A program made the position numbers and the translations under genes. The notes under the pieces are model-generated. The model was not told where the DNA came from. It was given only the letters and a program-made list of their open reading frames with translations, and ran no database searches. Of a DNA stretch of 64,000 nt, positions 17,114 to 28,967 are shown piece by piece (position 1 is the stretch's first letter; each line of letters starts with the position of its first letter). The stretch lies in the NCBI GenBank assembly GCA_964424195.1, contig CAYRHT010000001.1:6102-70101 (forward strand), written 5' to 3'. The DNA comes from an uncultured Gammaproteobacteria bacterium (GTDB taxonomy: Bacteria; Patescibacteriota; Patescibacteriia; UBA1558; S5-K13).

Positions 17114-17289
17114 GTATTTATCATATTGTATTTGTATAATATTGTCAATATTTCTGACAACATACTATATAAAATCCTCTATTTTAGCTAATTTATTGTA
17201 CTATATATTAAAAATACTTGTTATAATCATTGACAGAATAGGTATTTAATATTATTATTTAATATTGAAAATAAAATAGAGGAGGAAAA

Positions 17290-17847
17290 ATGAAGAAGAA
17301 AATTGTTTTGAAATTTTGGAAGTACTTTTTTATATCTGTGGGTTCGCTTGCTATTCTAAGTACATTCTTTGCCTTGGCTTTCATTGTACCTAATTTAACT
17401 GCGCCAAAGGATCATGTCATAGATATTTCAGGTGTGCCAGGAGAATTGGTTCCAGATTCTTTAAGTAAATTCCAATATGTTAATGTTTCCTTTCAAGAAA
17501 TTTTTGATTGGAATGAAAAATCTTCTTTTACTTATGTGATTGAAAACGGAAGACTTAATTTTAAAGCACAAAGAATTGTACAAGAGGATGATCAGATTAG
17601 GATAGAAACAGCTAATGGATTTGTAAAATTATCACAAATGGGATTTAGTTCTTTTCGAATTGAGAAGGGGATTCCAGCTAGACATTTTATTAAAAGCATT
17701 AAGCTTGAAGGACAAGAGATGATTATTTCTGCAAGTACAAGCGTTGATGCTTCTGATGGCGTTGCAGTTTTTGGAATAGGGCTAGTATTATTACTTATAG
17801 GCTTAGGATTTCCACAGTTAAAGAAAGAAAAAAAGGAGGAAAAATGA
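17290..17847 (+). CDS. Hypothetical membrane-anchored protein
   Basis: AGGAGG SD site, N-terminal TM helix and C-terminal TM helix. Confidence 0.45.
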   Translation: MKKKIVLKFWKYFFISVGSLAILSTFFALAFIVPNLTAPKDHVIDISGVPGELVPDSLSKFQYVNVSFQEIFDWNEKSSFTYVIENGRLNFKAQRIVQEDDQIRIETANGFVKLSQMGFSSFRIEKGIPARHFIKSIKLEGQEMIISASTSVDASDGVAVFGIGLVLLLIGLGFPQLKKEKKEEK

Positions 17848-18590
17848 AAAAAACAGTCATTTTGATTGTGTCGGCAATATTAATTGCCATTAATGCGGGT
17901 GCTAGTTTAACTGGTGTATTAGATCTTGGTTACAAAAGTGTTTATGTAAGTAGTCCTGGAGGAACTCTCTACAACGATTCGGTGTTTCAACAGGATATTA
18001 TTTTGGAGGCTCCTTTAGGACTGTATGGAATTTTTTGGTCTTCATATAGCCCAGAAAAAGGAATTAATAGTGATTTTGGTGATGAGATTGATTTCATCTT
18101 AGGAATCTATCAGGAAAGATTTAAATTAGGTTTTAACTTTAGCTATATTTATCTCAACGCTTGGGATATTAATAGCACGGAAGTAGATTTTAATTTATTT
18201 GTTCTGAATGTTGACCTACCTAAGTTATTTTGGATTAGTCCTTATATTAATTTGGAATATGACGCATCTTTTGACGAAGATATCTTGCCAGGAGGATTCA
18301 TTTATCGAGTAGGTTGTGCTTATGAGGATAGTCTGTTAATCCAAAAGTTTAATCTGAAATATGGGTTTAATTTTTCAATGATTGGACACGATGGAGTTTT
18401 CGGTTTAGATAGTCAAGCACTTTCTTCTGCTAGAGTAAAATTAAATATTACTTATAATTTAGGTAATATGGAAATTATTCCAGAGATCACTTATCAAAAA
18501 ACATTTAAAGATGTTCAGGATGGTGGGTTATCAGAAGATAAATTATGGTGGGGAATTAATTTAGCAGTTCCTTTCATTATGATTGAATAG
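17844..18590 (+). CDS. Hypothetical secreted protein
   Basis: SD site and signal peptide. Overlaps the upstream gene by 4 nt. Confidence 0.45.
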   Translation: MKKTVILIVSAILIAINAGASLTGVLDLGYKSVYVSSPGGTLYNDSVFQQDIILEAPLGLYGIFWSSYSPEKGINSDFGDEIDFILGIYQERFKLGFNFSYIYLNAWDINSTEVDFNLFVLNVDLPKLFWISPYINLEYDASFDEDILPGGFIYRVGCAYEDSLLIQKFNLKYGFNFSMIGHDGVFGLDSQALSSARVKLNITYNLGNMEIIPEITYQKTFKDVQDGGLSEDKLWWGINLAVPFIMIE

Positions 18591-18611
18591 TTACTAATTG
18601 AATTTTACGTA

Positions 18612-18650
18612 TATGCTGACATTAAATTGTCAGCATATTTTTATTTGTTA
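18612..18650 (+). terminator. Rho-independent terminator (ATATGCTGACA...TGTCAGCATAT followed by a T-run)
   Basis: 11-bp perfect stem and T-tract after ORF 17844-18590. Confidence 0.6.
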
Positions 18651-18685
18651 AAAACAAAAAATCAAGCATAGCTTGATAATTTAAT

Positions 18686-18769
18686 GGTGCCGGAGGCGAG
18701 ACTCGAACTCGCACACCTTGCGGCACTTGCTCCTAAGGCAAGCGTGTATACCAATTTCACCACTCCGGC
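18686..18769 (-). tRNA. tRNA-Leu(TAG), long variable arm, CCA encoded
   Basis: Hand-folded. Acceptor GCCGGAG, anticodon loop CTTAGGA. Confidence 0.75.
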
Positions 18770-18799
18770 ATGTTTAACAGTATAATTGTTTAAATATCT

Positions 18800-19453
18800 T
18801 TAGTCAATTTTTTTAGAATTTTTTTCTCTCCACTCTTTAATCTTAGCATGATTTCCAGAAAGTAATACTTCAGGAACTTTATATTTTTTATTTTTTACTT
18901 TAATTTCTTCTGGTTTAGTGTATTGAGGATATTCTAAAGAGTTGTTTTCAAAACTTTCAGCTGTTAAAGATTCTTTGTTTCCTAAGGATCCTTTTAATAA
19001 TCTAGTAGTAGAATCAATTACTATTGCTGTAGCTAATTCACTATTACTTAAAACAAATTTTCCCATGGAAATCTTTTCATCAACAAACTTATCTACTCGA
19101 GCATCAATTCCTTCGTAATAGCCGTTTACAAAAATAATATTTTTTAATTTAGAAAGTCGAAGAGCAATTTTTTGATTATATATTTCTCCTTTAGGGTCTA
19201 ACATTATTACTTTAGCTTTTTTTCTTCCTTTGATAGACTTAATTGCTTTAATAATTGGTTCAGCATTTAAAACCATACCAGGTCCACCACCATAAGGAGT
19301 ATCATCTACACTCTTATGTTTGTCTTTAGTAAAATCTCTTAAGTTATGATATTTTATTTCAATAATTTTTTTATCCAAAGCCTTTCCAATTATACTTTCG
19401 TTATAATAGGATTTTAATATGTCTGGGAAAATTGTGATTATATTGAATTGCAT
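18800..19453 (-). CDS. trmD: tRNA (guanine37-N1)-methyltransferase
   Basis: MQFNIITIFPDIL start and GGGPGMVL motif. Confidence 0.85.
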   Translation of the reverse strand: MQFNIITIFPDILKSYYNESIIGKALDKKIIEIKYHNLRDFTKDKHKSVDDTPYGGGPGMVLNAEPIIKAIKSIKGRKKAKVIMLDPKGEIYNQKIALRLSKLKNIIFVNGYYEGIDARVDKFVDEKISMGKFVLSNSELATAIVIDSTTRLLKGSLGNKESLTAESFENNSLEYPQYTKPEEIKVKNKKYKVPEVLLSGNHAKIKEWREKNSKKID

Positions 19454-19534
19454 GTCTTTAATTCATTATACAATAATTTTTATAAAATAAAGACCGTCTC
19501 GGAAGACGGCCTTTATATATCTAGAAGATAAAAT

Positions 19535-19873
19535 TTATAATTTTAGATCTTCAACGCTTTCATCAGCTGGAGCTTCTACTTTAGGCTCTTCTTTTCGGTC
19601 TTCTCTAGGAGCTGGTCTTTCAGTTCCTTCTGGTTGGTTAATCTTTAGATTAACTCTAGCATTGTTCTTAGCACCTACTACACGTAGTAAAGTTCTAAGA
19701 GCTCTTGCTGTGTTACCACTTCGGCCGATAATTTGACCCATGTCAGATGGATCAACGTCTAGAGTCAATAAGACTCCCATCTCGTCAACTGTTCTTGTTG
19801 TTTTTACCTTGTCTGGAGTGTCCACAAGGAATTTAACAGTAGTTTCTAAAAAATCCTGATCTTTTTCTGCCAT
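19535..19873 (-). CDS. KH-domain RNA-binding protein (YlqC-like)
   Basis: GQIIGRSGNTARALRTL KH GXXG-type motif. The start is placed at MAEKDQ (19873) rather than the longer ORF-track start. Confidence 0.7.
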   Translation of the reverse strand: MAEKDQDFLETTVKFLVDTPDKVKTTRTVDEMGVLLTLDVDPSDMGQIIGRSGNTARALRTLLRVVGAKNNARVNLKINQPEGTERPAPREDRKEEPKVEAPADESVEDLKL

Positions 19874-20015
19874 TTTCTTTCGATTAATTGTTAAGGCACT
19901 ACTTTTTTGAGTTAAACTCAATAACCAGTAGTATATAATAGGATAGCATATTAAAAATGAAATGTCAATATGAAAATAGTTAAATACCAAATGCTTATGA
20001 TAGTCATAGAAACTC

Positions 20016-20043
20016 TTGACATATTTTTTTAAAAGTATATAAT
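20016..20043 (+). promoter_or_regulatory. Candidate sigma70-like rRNA promoter TTGACA-16-TATAAT
   Basis: TTGACA at 20016-20021 and TATAAT at 20038-20043, ~180 bp upstream of the 16S 5' end. Confidence 0.4.
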
Positions 20044-20221
20044 TATATCTACCTGTTGATAAATATAAAAAATCGCTTATGTTTTTATAGTTTATTTCTC
20101 AGGTTGAAAATATAAATTCGTTTTTTGACAATTAAATAGTGATAGAAACACATGCGTCTTATATTTATTTATAAGATTCAATTCTAATTTTTTGAATATT
20201 TTTTATAAAAAATATTCCATT

Positions 20222-21713
<1,492 letters not shown>

Positions 21714-21918
21714 TAAGGAGTTACATTAACCCCTCACGGGTTAATCAGATCGTTCGATAAATCTTCGGATTTATTGACTGTTTCTATCACTATTTAGTTG
21801 TTAAGTTTTAAGACTCCTTAATCAACTCCCTTGATTTTATGAAAGCTATAAAGTATTATAAAGGAGTTCATTCAGGAGTTTTTTGTTAGAAATTTTAAAT
21901 TTATTGTCTATTGTTGAT

Positions 21919-21995
21919 GGGCGCATAGCTCAGTTGGTTAGAGCGCTACACTGATAATGTAGAGGTCCCAAGTTCAACTCTTGGTGCGCCCACCA
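21919..21995 (+). tRNA. tRNA-Ile(GAT)
   Basis: Anticodon loop CTGATAA. In the ITS position downstream of 16S. Confidence 0.85.
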
Positions 21996-22020
21996 ATAGT
22001 AGATAAGTTTATTATATTAT

Positions 22021-22095
22021 GCCGCGGTAGCTCAGTGGTAGAGCAGAGGATTGAAAATCCTCGTGTCGGTGGTTCAATTCCGCCCCGCGGCACCA
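22021..22095 (+). tRNA. tRNA-Phe(GAA)
   Basis: GCCGCGG acceptor, anticodon loop TTGAAAA, CCA encoded. Confidence 0.85.
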
Positions 22096-22102
22096 AATAT
22101 TT

Positions 22103-22179
22103 CGGGGTGTGGCGCAGTTGGCTAGCGCGCGTCGTTTGGGACGATGAGGTCGGAGGTTCGAGTCCTCTCACCCCGACCA
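22103..22179 (+). tRNA. tRNA-Pro(TGG)
   Basis: CGGGGTG acceptor, anticodon loop TTTGGGA, CCA encoded. Confidence 0.8.
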
Positions 22180-22259
22180 TTTAAAATACTTTTTAGGAAG
22201 TATTTTTTTGTATTAAAAAAGAGTAGTTCTTTAAAAAACTACTCTTAATATTTAAAGAT

Positions 22260-22811
22260 TTATTGACTACACTCTTGATTCATTAATTTTTCATTAAAAC
22301 AAGTTCCTTGCTGACAGAGACAGCTATCATCTGCATAGGCAGCACAATTATCATACATTAGAGTACAAATTTCAGGTTCTTCGTAATTATCTTGATACTT
22401 TTTATTTATACATTCTCGAGGATGACAACCAGGTAAAGGGATGCAGTCATCATGCTTTGTGCATTTTAAATATTCATTAGTTATCAAGGAACTATCTTCA
22501 TCTATTAACTTAAAGTTTGTTATTTCAACAACTTCATTTTTAACTTTAAAGTTAGCTTGAGCTTTTAGAGCTACATGACCATCCTCATAATTTACTATTA
22601 AATTTTCTGTATTAGGGAAAGTGACTTCAGTGATATAGAATTTACCACCAAGTACTTCTTTTTCAGGAGAAAGTTCAGAAATATTTTCTTTTATGTATTC
22701 TTTTACTGTATTTTGAGTTTCAATTGGTATTTCAAGTGTTTTTTTAGTATTACTTAAGCATCCTGTTAGAATAACAGGAATGATTAAAAGTAATAGTTTT
22801 ATTTTTTTCAT
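22260..22811 (-). CDS. Cys-rich lipoprotein (hypothetical)
   Basis: Signal peptide with lipobox ILTGC. The C-terminal domain has 10 Cys. Confidence 0.55.
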   Translation of the reverse strand: MKKIKLLLLIIPVILTGCLSNTKKTLEIPIETQNTVKEYIKENISELSPEKEVLGGKFYITEVTFPNTENLIVNYEDGHVALKAQANFKVKNEVVEITNFKLIDEDSSLITNEYLKCTKHDDCIPLPGCHPRECINKKYQDNYEEPEICTLMYDNCAAYADDSCLCQQGTCFNEKLMNQECSQ

Positions 22812-22824
22812 AATATTATATTAG

Positions 22825-23457
22825 TTAATTATTTTTTAAAGTATTTTTTTGAGAGAAATTTATTAAATGATACAAAAAGTGAATAGTTATTAAGATATTT
22901 ATTATAACTATAACTTGGTTAAAAATAAATTCGTTCATATTAAAAATGATATGTAAGATAATAGCTATTTCAAAGGCAGATTTATAGTAATTTGCTCTAG
23001 CTACTGGTTTTATTAACCAATTACTTTCTTTACTCTCATTTTTATTAATAATTATGATCAGATAAAAAGCAGTGATGATTATAATATTATAGGAGAGAGT
23101 TAAGGGACTACCTATTTTTACAATCATTAATCCCCAAATGAATAAAGTATAGACTAAATGGTCAGAAAACATATCAATAAACTTACCTCTATCACTAGCT
23201 GTATTAGTATACCTTGCTAAAGGACCATCTAGAAAATCTAATAAAACACCACCAAAGATTAGTAGAAATACGGCTAAAGTAAAATTGCTTTCTATTAGCA
23301 ATAAATAAAGACAGACAAAGAATATCTTAGTAATGCTTAAATTATTAGCACTAATTCCGAGCCTATCTAGTATTTTTATTACTGGTAAAAGAAAAGCATC
23401 TCTTTTTTCTCTAAAGAACTTATTTAAATTATCTAATTTTTGATCAAGTCTTTTCAT
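22825..23457 (-). CDS. CDP-alcohol phosphatidyltransferase family protein
   Basis: DGPLARYTNTASDRGKFIDMFSDHL matches D-G-x2-A-R-x8-G-x3-D-x3-D. Confidence 0.75.
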   Translation of the reverse strand: MKRLDQKLDNLNKFFREKRDAFLLPVIKILDRLGISANNLSITKIFFVCLYLLLIESNFTLAVFLLIFGGVLLDFLDGPLARYTNTASDRGKFIDMFSDHLVYTLFIWGLMIVKIGSPLTLSYNIIIITAFYLIIIINKNESKESNWLIKPVARANYYKSAFEIAIILHIIFNMNEFIFNQVIVIINILITIHFLYHLINFSQKNTLKNN

Positions 23458-23612
23458 ATATTGTTTATTATAGCAAGAATTGTATTTTTTTTAAATTTTC
23501 TCTTATTGACAGATTTTAGGTTTTGGGTCTTGACAAGTTTTGATTTATATGTTAACATTATGCAAATGAAGAGGTCTACTGATATATAGTAGATTTTTTA
23601 AATTATAATAAT

Positions 23613-24200
23613 ATGTTGAAGAAATTCAGAAAAACAATTAAAAAATTATTGAAAACAGCAAAAATATTACATTATAAATCTAATGTATTATTGCTTATTG
23701 TTGTTTTTTCATGCTCTTTAACTTTTCCCCAACATAGTTTTGCGGATAGTCTTTCAGTGGAAGGTTCAAGCATTAGATTACAGGGGATTATTATAGAAGA
23801 TACATTATTATCAATATTGAACTCAGATATTAGTAAATTACCTCTAAGACCGGGTCGTTTACCAGAAATTAGTTATCGAAAGGTAGAACTTGATGAGTAT
23901 AGTTATATTACCGCATATAATTTGGTGGAATGGCAAACAGATGATACGCCTTGTATTGGTGCTAGTGGTGATGATTTATGTAAATTAGTAGATCAGGGAA
24001 TTAATATTTGTGCTGCTAATTTTGTTAAATTAGGAACATATTTAGAAATAGAAGATATTGGAAAATGTATCGTTTTAGATAGAATGAATAGTAGATATAC
24101 TTATGCTTATCCTCCTCGAATTGATATTGCTATGAGTGCAGATAAAGTAGATGCAGCTATAAAGTTTGGTTTACAATATAAAAAATTTGGTAGATATTAA
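23613..24200 (+). CDS. Secreted 3D-domain (MltA/YuiC-like) protein
   Basis: Signal peptide. The C-terminal TAYNL...DDTPCIGASG...CAANF...VLDRMN...RIDI pattern resembles the 3D (three conserved Asp) cell-wall-associated domain. Confidence 0.5.
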   Translation: MLKKFRKTIKKLLKTAKILHYKSNVLLLIVVFSCSLTFPQHSFADSLSVEGSSIRLQGIIIEDTLLSILNSDISKLPLRPGRLPEISYRKVELDEYSYITAYNLVEWQTDDTPCIGASGDDLCKLVDQGINICAANFVKLGTYLEIEDIGKCIVLDRMNSRYTYAYPPRIDIAMSADKVDAAIKFGLQYKKFGRY

Positions 24201-24230
24201 AATATAAAAATAATAAACTTAGGAGGATAA

Positions 24231-24836
24231 GTGTGTAAAAAAGGAATTTTAATTGAAGTGGTTGGTCCTGGTAAGACAGTGCTGATATTAGAAGATAAGC
24301 ATCATTTTCCAGGTTCTGATCGTTTTGAATATGTTCAAGGGCTGATTAGATTACTTGAATTTGACAGTGGTACTCAGATGGTATTAGCTCCAGATGGATC
24401 AATAACTATAGTTGAAGATGAAGAGCTTTTAAATTCTCAAGAAATTGGAGCACGTCCAATAATAGTTTGCTTAAAAGCTCCTAGTAGAGAACACGAACAT
24501 CTTATTGAAAAGAAAGAACCTCTTCGGGATAGTGATCGTTGTGTAGATTATTCAAAAAATAGCACTTTTTATAATGATGATTATCTCGATTTATTTAAGA
24601 CTATTTCTATTATACTCCTACTGGATTATGTGGATTGGTTCTTAAAGTTTAAAGTAATTCGTGGACCCCGTCCACCAAACAAATGCCTTACTAAATTAGT
24701 GAGGCGTTTTTTTATAACAAAAAAATCAACTCTCTGGAGGCCACGGTCGGGATCGAACCGACGAATAAAGGTTTTGCAAACCTCTGCCTTACCACTTGGC
24801 TACGTGGCCTCAAAAGAACTGATTTTGTATATTTGA
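24231..24836 (+). CDS. Hypothetical protein (GTG start with AGGAGG SD). The 3' third overlaps tRNA-Cys on the opposite strand, so the true extent is uncertain
   Basis: AGGAGG 6 nt upstream of GTG. The frame runs through 24736-24811. Confidence 0.35.
   Translation: MCKKGILIEVVGPGKTVLILEDKHHFPGSDRFEYVQGLIRLLEFDSGTQMVLAPDGSITIVEDEELLNSQEIGARPIIVCLKAPSREHEHLIEKKEPLRDSDRCVDYSKNSTFYNDDYLDLFKTISIILLLDYVDWFLKFKVIRGPRPPNKCLTKLVRRFFITKKSTLWRPRSGSNRRIKVLQTSALPLGYVASKELILYI
24736..24811 (-). tRNA. tRNA-Cys(GCA), CCA not encoded
   Basis: GAGGCCA acceptor, anticodon loop TTGCAAA, TTCGATC T-loop. Confidence 0.75.
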
Positions 24837-24884
24837 ATACTAGCAGAAAAGAGTATTAAATTCAATGTTTTTAATGGTAAAAAT

Positions 24885-25241
24885 GTGCTAAAATTAAAGC
24901 ATATGGATATTAAACCCAATTTTTTCTATTACCTTTTTAAACTAGTTATTAATCTAGTTGGCGTTATTTTTGGTACAATAGTAGGAGCTTTATTCTTATA
25001 TCCTTTGATGCTAGCTTTTCCTTCTAATATTCTAGTAGTTTTAATTGAATTTTATATAATTATAGTTTTAGCGATTGTTTTTTGTCGATTGTTTAATAAA
25101 CTGTTTTTAAATTATTTAAAATACAAACCTTTATTTCACGAAGTTAAATTAAAATTTTTATTTAACCAAAAAACAATACTATTGGCTTTCTATGTTTTTG
25201 GTTTAATATTTTTCTTCTTTTTTGTAGTAACCTTATTCTAA
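24885..25241 (+). CDS. Hypothetical membrane protein (3 TM helices)
   Basis: Hydrophobic ORF. Confidence 0.4.
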   Translation: MLKLKHMDIKPNFFYYLFKLVINLVGVIFGTIVGALFLYPLMLAFPSNILVVLIEFYIIIVLAIVFCRLFNKLFLNYLKYKPLFHEVKLKFLFNQKTILLAFYVFGLIFFFFFVVTLF

Positions 25242-25248
25242 TCTGCAT

Positions 25249-27927
25249 ATGGAAAAATTCATTATAATTGATGGAAACGCTTTGCTCCATCGAGCATGGC
25301 ACGCTATACCTCCCTTAACTAACAAGAAGGGAGTTATTGTTAATGCTGCTTTTGGTTTTACTTCAATATTACTAAACGTCATTAAAGAATTTAAGCCAGA
25401 TTACCTCTGTGCTAGTTTTGATTTACGAGCTCCTACTTTTAGGCATCAGAAATTTAAAGAATACAAAGCTAAAAGAGTAAAACAACCAGATGAATTATAT
25501 GCTCAGATTCCAATTATTAAAGAAGTCTTAAAAGCTTTTGATATTCCAGTCTATGAAAAAAAAGGATTTGAAGCTGATGATGTAATCGGAACAATTGTAA
25601 AGTCATTAAAAGATAGAAAAGATATTGAAAAATTAATTTTAACTGGTGATTTAGATGCTTTGCAATTAGTTGAAGATACAATCAAAGTTTTAACTTTTAA
25701 AAAAGGTATTAGAGAAACAAAAGTTTATGATATTCAGGCTGTAAACGAAAGATATACTTTTGGACCAGAACGAGTTGTAGATTACAAAGCTTTACGAGGT
25801 GATGCTTCTGATAATATTCCTGGCGTTCCGGGAGTTGGAGAAAAAACTGCTACGGAATTGATTACCAGATTTGGAGGTTTAGATGATATTTATCAAAAGT
25901 TTGAGGAATCAGATATTAAAGAACCTTGGAAGAATAAATTAAGAGACAACAAAGAAATTGCTTACCTCAGTCAAGAATTGGCAACCATTGTTTTAGATGT
26001 AGATATGGATTTTGATTTAGCAAAAACCAAGTGGGATTATAATAATGAAGAAGCTGTCTACGATATTTTTCAAGAGTATGAATTCAAGAGTTTGTTAAAT
26101 AAAATACCTTCAATTAAAAAAGATGAAGATTCAGAAGAAATAGTTGTAGAAAAAGAGATTAATTTAAATTATAAATTTGTTGATAATGAAAAAGACTTTG
26201 CTAGTTTCTTGGAAGAGCTAAAAAAACAGGATGAAGTTTGTTTAGATACTGAAACTAGCTCTTTAAATGTTTATGAAGCCAAGCTTCTAGGAATAAGTTT
26301 TTGTTTTAAGTCTGGCGAAGCTTATTATATCTCCGCCAAGAGTAAATTTTTAAAAGAACTTCAGCCAGTAATTGAAAATATAAAAGCTATTGGACATAAT
26401 ATTAAATATGACTACAAAATTTTAAAACTAGCAGGCATTGAATTAAAAAATATTTATTTTGATACTTTAGTTGCCGCTTATTTACTTTCTAAAACTAGTA
26501 GAGGATTAAAATTAGATGATTTAGCTTTTAGTGAATTAGGTTATAGAATGCAAGCTATTGAAGAGTTAATTGGTCCTAAGGGGAAAAATCAATTAACTAT
26601 GTTGGATGTTGAACCAGAGAAAATATCATATTATTCCTGCGAAGACGCAGATTGTACTTGGCAACTTTATCAGCAGTATAAAAAAGAATTAAAGAATGAA
26701 GATATTTATAATTTATTTGAAGAAATTGAAATGCCTTTAGTTAAGGTTCTAGCAGATATGGAAATAGAGGGTATTAAAATAGATACAAAATTTTTGAAAG
26801 ACTTAGAAAAGAAATTTGAAAAAAGATTAAACGAGCTTAGAGCAGAAATTCAAGAATTAGCTGGGGAAGAATTTAATATTAATTCTCCTAAACAATTAGG
26901 TGAGATACTTTTTTCGGGATTAGAAATTTCTACTCAAGGAATCAAAAAAACAAAGACTGGTTTTTCAACAGCAGCTTCGGAATTAGAAAAAATGAAGGAT
27001 CGACATCCAATTATTAATTTAATATTTGAATATCGAGAATTAAATAAACTACAATCAACTTATGTTGTTGGGCTTTTAAAAGAAGTTGATGATCAAGATA
27101 GAATTCATACTAGCTTCAATCAAGCCGTAACTGCCACAGGTCGACTTTCTTCTTCTAAACCAAATTTACAGAACATTCCAATTAGAACTGAGTTAGGTCG
27201 AGAAATTAGAAAAGCTTTTATACCTAAGAAAGGATTTTCTTTGCTAGCAGCAGATTATTCTCAAATTGAATTACGAGTAATAGCTTCTATGGCAGATGAT
27301 AATAAAATGATTGAGTCTTTTAATAAAGGAGAAGATATTCATGCTCGAACTGCAGCGGAAATTAATAGTAAGGATATTAAAGATGTAAATAAAAGTGAAA
27401 GAAGAGCAGCTAAGGAAGTTAATTTTGGAGTAATGTATGGTTTGGGAGCTAGAGGATTATCTCAGAGAACAGATTTAGATTTCAACGAAGCCCGAGATTT
27501 TATTGAAAGATACTTTCTCCTATATGAAAAGGTTAGAAAATTTTTAGATTTGACTAAAGAAAACGCTCATCAGAATAAATTTGTAGAAACTTTATTCGGT
27601 CGAAAGAGATATATTCCAGATATTGATGCTAGAATGCCAATGTTACGAGCAGCAGCAGAGAGAATGGCAATCAATATGCCTGTTCAAGGAACAGCTGCTG
27701 ATTTAATGAAGATGGCTATGATTAATTTAAACAAAGAGCTTAAAGAAACTTCCCCTGAATCTCGAATACTTTTGCAGGTTCATGATGAAGTTGTATTAGA
27801 AATTCCAGAGAAAGATATTGACAAAGTAAGCGAAAAAGTAAAAGATGTAATGGAGAGTATTTATAAATTAAAAGTTCCAATTAAAGTTGATTCTTCTGTG
27901 GGTAGTAATTGGGGCGAATGTAAATAA
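25249..27927 (+). CDS. polA: DNA polymerase I
   Basis: N-terminal 5'-3' exonuclease (FEN) domain and C-terminal family A polymerase motifs (RRAAKEVNFGVMYG, QVHDEVVLE). Confidence 0.9.
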   Translation: MEKFIIIDGNALLHRAWHAIPPLTNKKGVIVNAAFGFTSILLNVIKEFKPDYLCASFDLRAPTFRHQKFKEYKAKRVKQPDELYAQIPIIKEVLKAFDIPVYEKKGFEADDVIGTIVKSLKDRKDIEKLILTGDLDALQLVEDTIKVLTFKKGIRETKVYDIQAVNERYTFGPERVVDYKALRGDASDNIPGVPGVGEKTATELITRFGGLDDIYQKFEESDIKEPWKNKLRDNKEIAYLSQELATIVLDVDMDFDLAKTKWDYNNEEAVYDIFQEYEFKSLLNKIPSIKKDEDSEEIVVEKEINLNYKFVDNEKDFASFLEELKKQDEVCLDTETSSLNVYEAKLLGISFCFKSGEAYYISAKSKFLKELQPVIENIKAIGHNIKYDYKILKLAGIELKNIYFDTLVAAYLLSKTSRGLKLDDLAFSELGYRMQAIEELIGPKGKNQLTMLDVEPEKISYYSCEDADCTWQLYQQYKKELKNEDIYNLFEEIEMPLVKVLADMEIEGIKIDTKFLKDLEKKFEKRLNELRAEIQELAGEEFNINSPKQLGEILFSGLEISTQGIKKTKTGFSTAASELEKMKDRHPIINLIFEYRELNKLQSTYVVGLLKEVDDQDRIHTSFNQAVTATGRLSSSKPNLQNIPIRTELGREIRKAFIPKKGFSLLAADYSQIELRVIASMADDNKMIESFNKGEDIHARTAAEINSKDIKDVNKSERRAAKEVNFGVMYGLGARGLSQRTDLDFNEARDFIERYFLLYEKVRKFLDLTKENAHQNKFVETLFGRKRYIPDIDARMPMLRAAAERMAINMPVQGTAADLMKMAMINLNKELKETSPESRILLQVHDEVVLEIPEKDIDKVSEKVKDVMESIYKLKVPIKVDSSVGSNWGECK

Positions 27928-27928
27928 A

Positions 27929-28903
27929 ATGCTATTTTTTCTATACGGCGAGGACGATTATCGTTCTAGTCAAAAATTAAATCAAATTAAAGATAGATTC
28001 ATCGAAAAAGTAGATGAGTCTGGTTATAATATTGTAACTTTAGATGAAAAAATTACAGTTGAGAAATTTACTAAAGAATTTTCTCAAACTGGTTTTTTAG
28101 CTTCTAAGAAATTGATTATTATTAAGAATTTATTGAGACAAACGCTTACTAAAGATTTAGCAGAGGTAGTTTTAGAATATCTTAATAAATTCAAAGATGA
28201 TCAAGAAGAAAATATTATTGTTTTTTATGAAAATAATTTACCTCATTCTAGAAAGAGTGCTTTATCTGGTAATAAGCTGAAGATATTTCAAAAATTAAAT
28301 ACTTTTAAGTATAGCCAGGAGTTTAATAAGTTAGCAGACTATAAAGTTGTAGAATGGATTCAAGAGAAATTTAAAGAAAACGAAAAAAGTATTGATAAAA
28401 ATTTAGCTAATAAACTTTTTGCTTTAATTGGCAATCATTTAAGACTTTTAAATGGTGAGATTTCCAAAATAGCTAGTTATAACAAAGAAAAAGAAATTCA
28501 AGAGCAGAGTATAGATGATTTAGTGTCTGCCTCTTTAAACGATGATATATTCCTTTTTTCTGATAAGTTAGCTAATAAGAAAAAGACAGAAGCAACTCAA
28601 TTATTAAATGAACAATTACAATCAGGAGCTAATCCAGTTTATCTATTAACTATGATAATTAGACAGTTTAGAATATTATTACAAATTAAAGCAGCTTTGG
28701 AAGAAAATATTTCCCAAGCTAGTTTAGCTAAATATTTATCTTTGCATCCTTTTGTAATCAAAAAGAGTATGGCTTCTGCTAGGCTCTATTCATTAGAAGA
28801 GCTAAAGATAATCTATCGAAAACTATTAAGTTTAGAAAAAAAGATTAAGTCTTCGGGATTAAAATCTCAAACTCTATTAAACCTATTTGTATTAGATTTT
28901 TAA
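27929..28903 (+). CDS. holA: DNA polymerase III delta subunit
   Basis: MLFFLYGEDDY... N-terminus and overall delta-subunit architecture. The start is placed at the second Met, directly after the polA stop. Confidence 0.6.
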   Translation: MLFFLYGEDDYRSSQKLNQIKDRFIEKVDESGYNIVTLDEKITVEKFTKEFSQTGFLASKKLIIIKNLLRQTLTKDLAEVVLEYLNKFKDDQEENIIVFYENNLPHSRKSALSGNKLKIFQKLNTFKYSQEFNKLADYKVVEWIQEKFKENEKSIDKNLANKLFALIGNHLRLLNGEISKIASYNKEKEIQEQSIDDLVSASLNDDIFLFSDKLANKKKTEATQLLNEQLQSGANPVYLLTMIIRQFRILLQIKAALEENISQASLAKYLSLHPFVIKKSMASARLYSLEELKIIYRKLLSLEKKIKSSGLKSQTLLNLFVLDF

Positions 28904-28922
28904 ATTTATATTATCTAAAACA

Positions 28923-28949
28923 AAAAGATCGCGAAGGGCGATCTTTTTT
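28923..28949. terminator. Bidirectional terminator hairpin GATCGCGAAGGGCGATC between T/A runs
   Basis: Lies between convergent holA and rpsT. Confidence 0.55.
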
Positions 28950-28967
28950 ATCTAATTTCGAATAGAA

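Noticed and set aside
16386-17249. + strand ORFs 16386-16640 and 16992-17249
   Set aside because: They are antisense to, or overlap, the TrmB regulator gene and its promoter region, and their translations are low-complexity.
21974-22184. ORFs on both strands across tRNA-Phe/tRNA-Pro
   Set aside because: They overlap well-folded tRNA genes, and the GC-rich tRNA sequence keeps the frames open.
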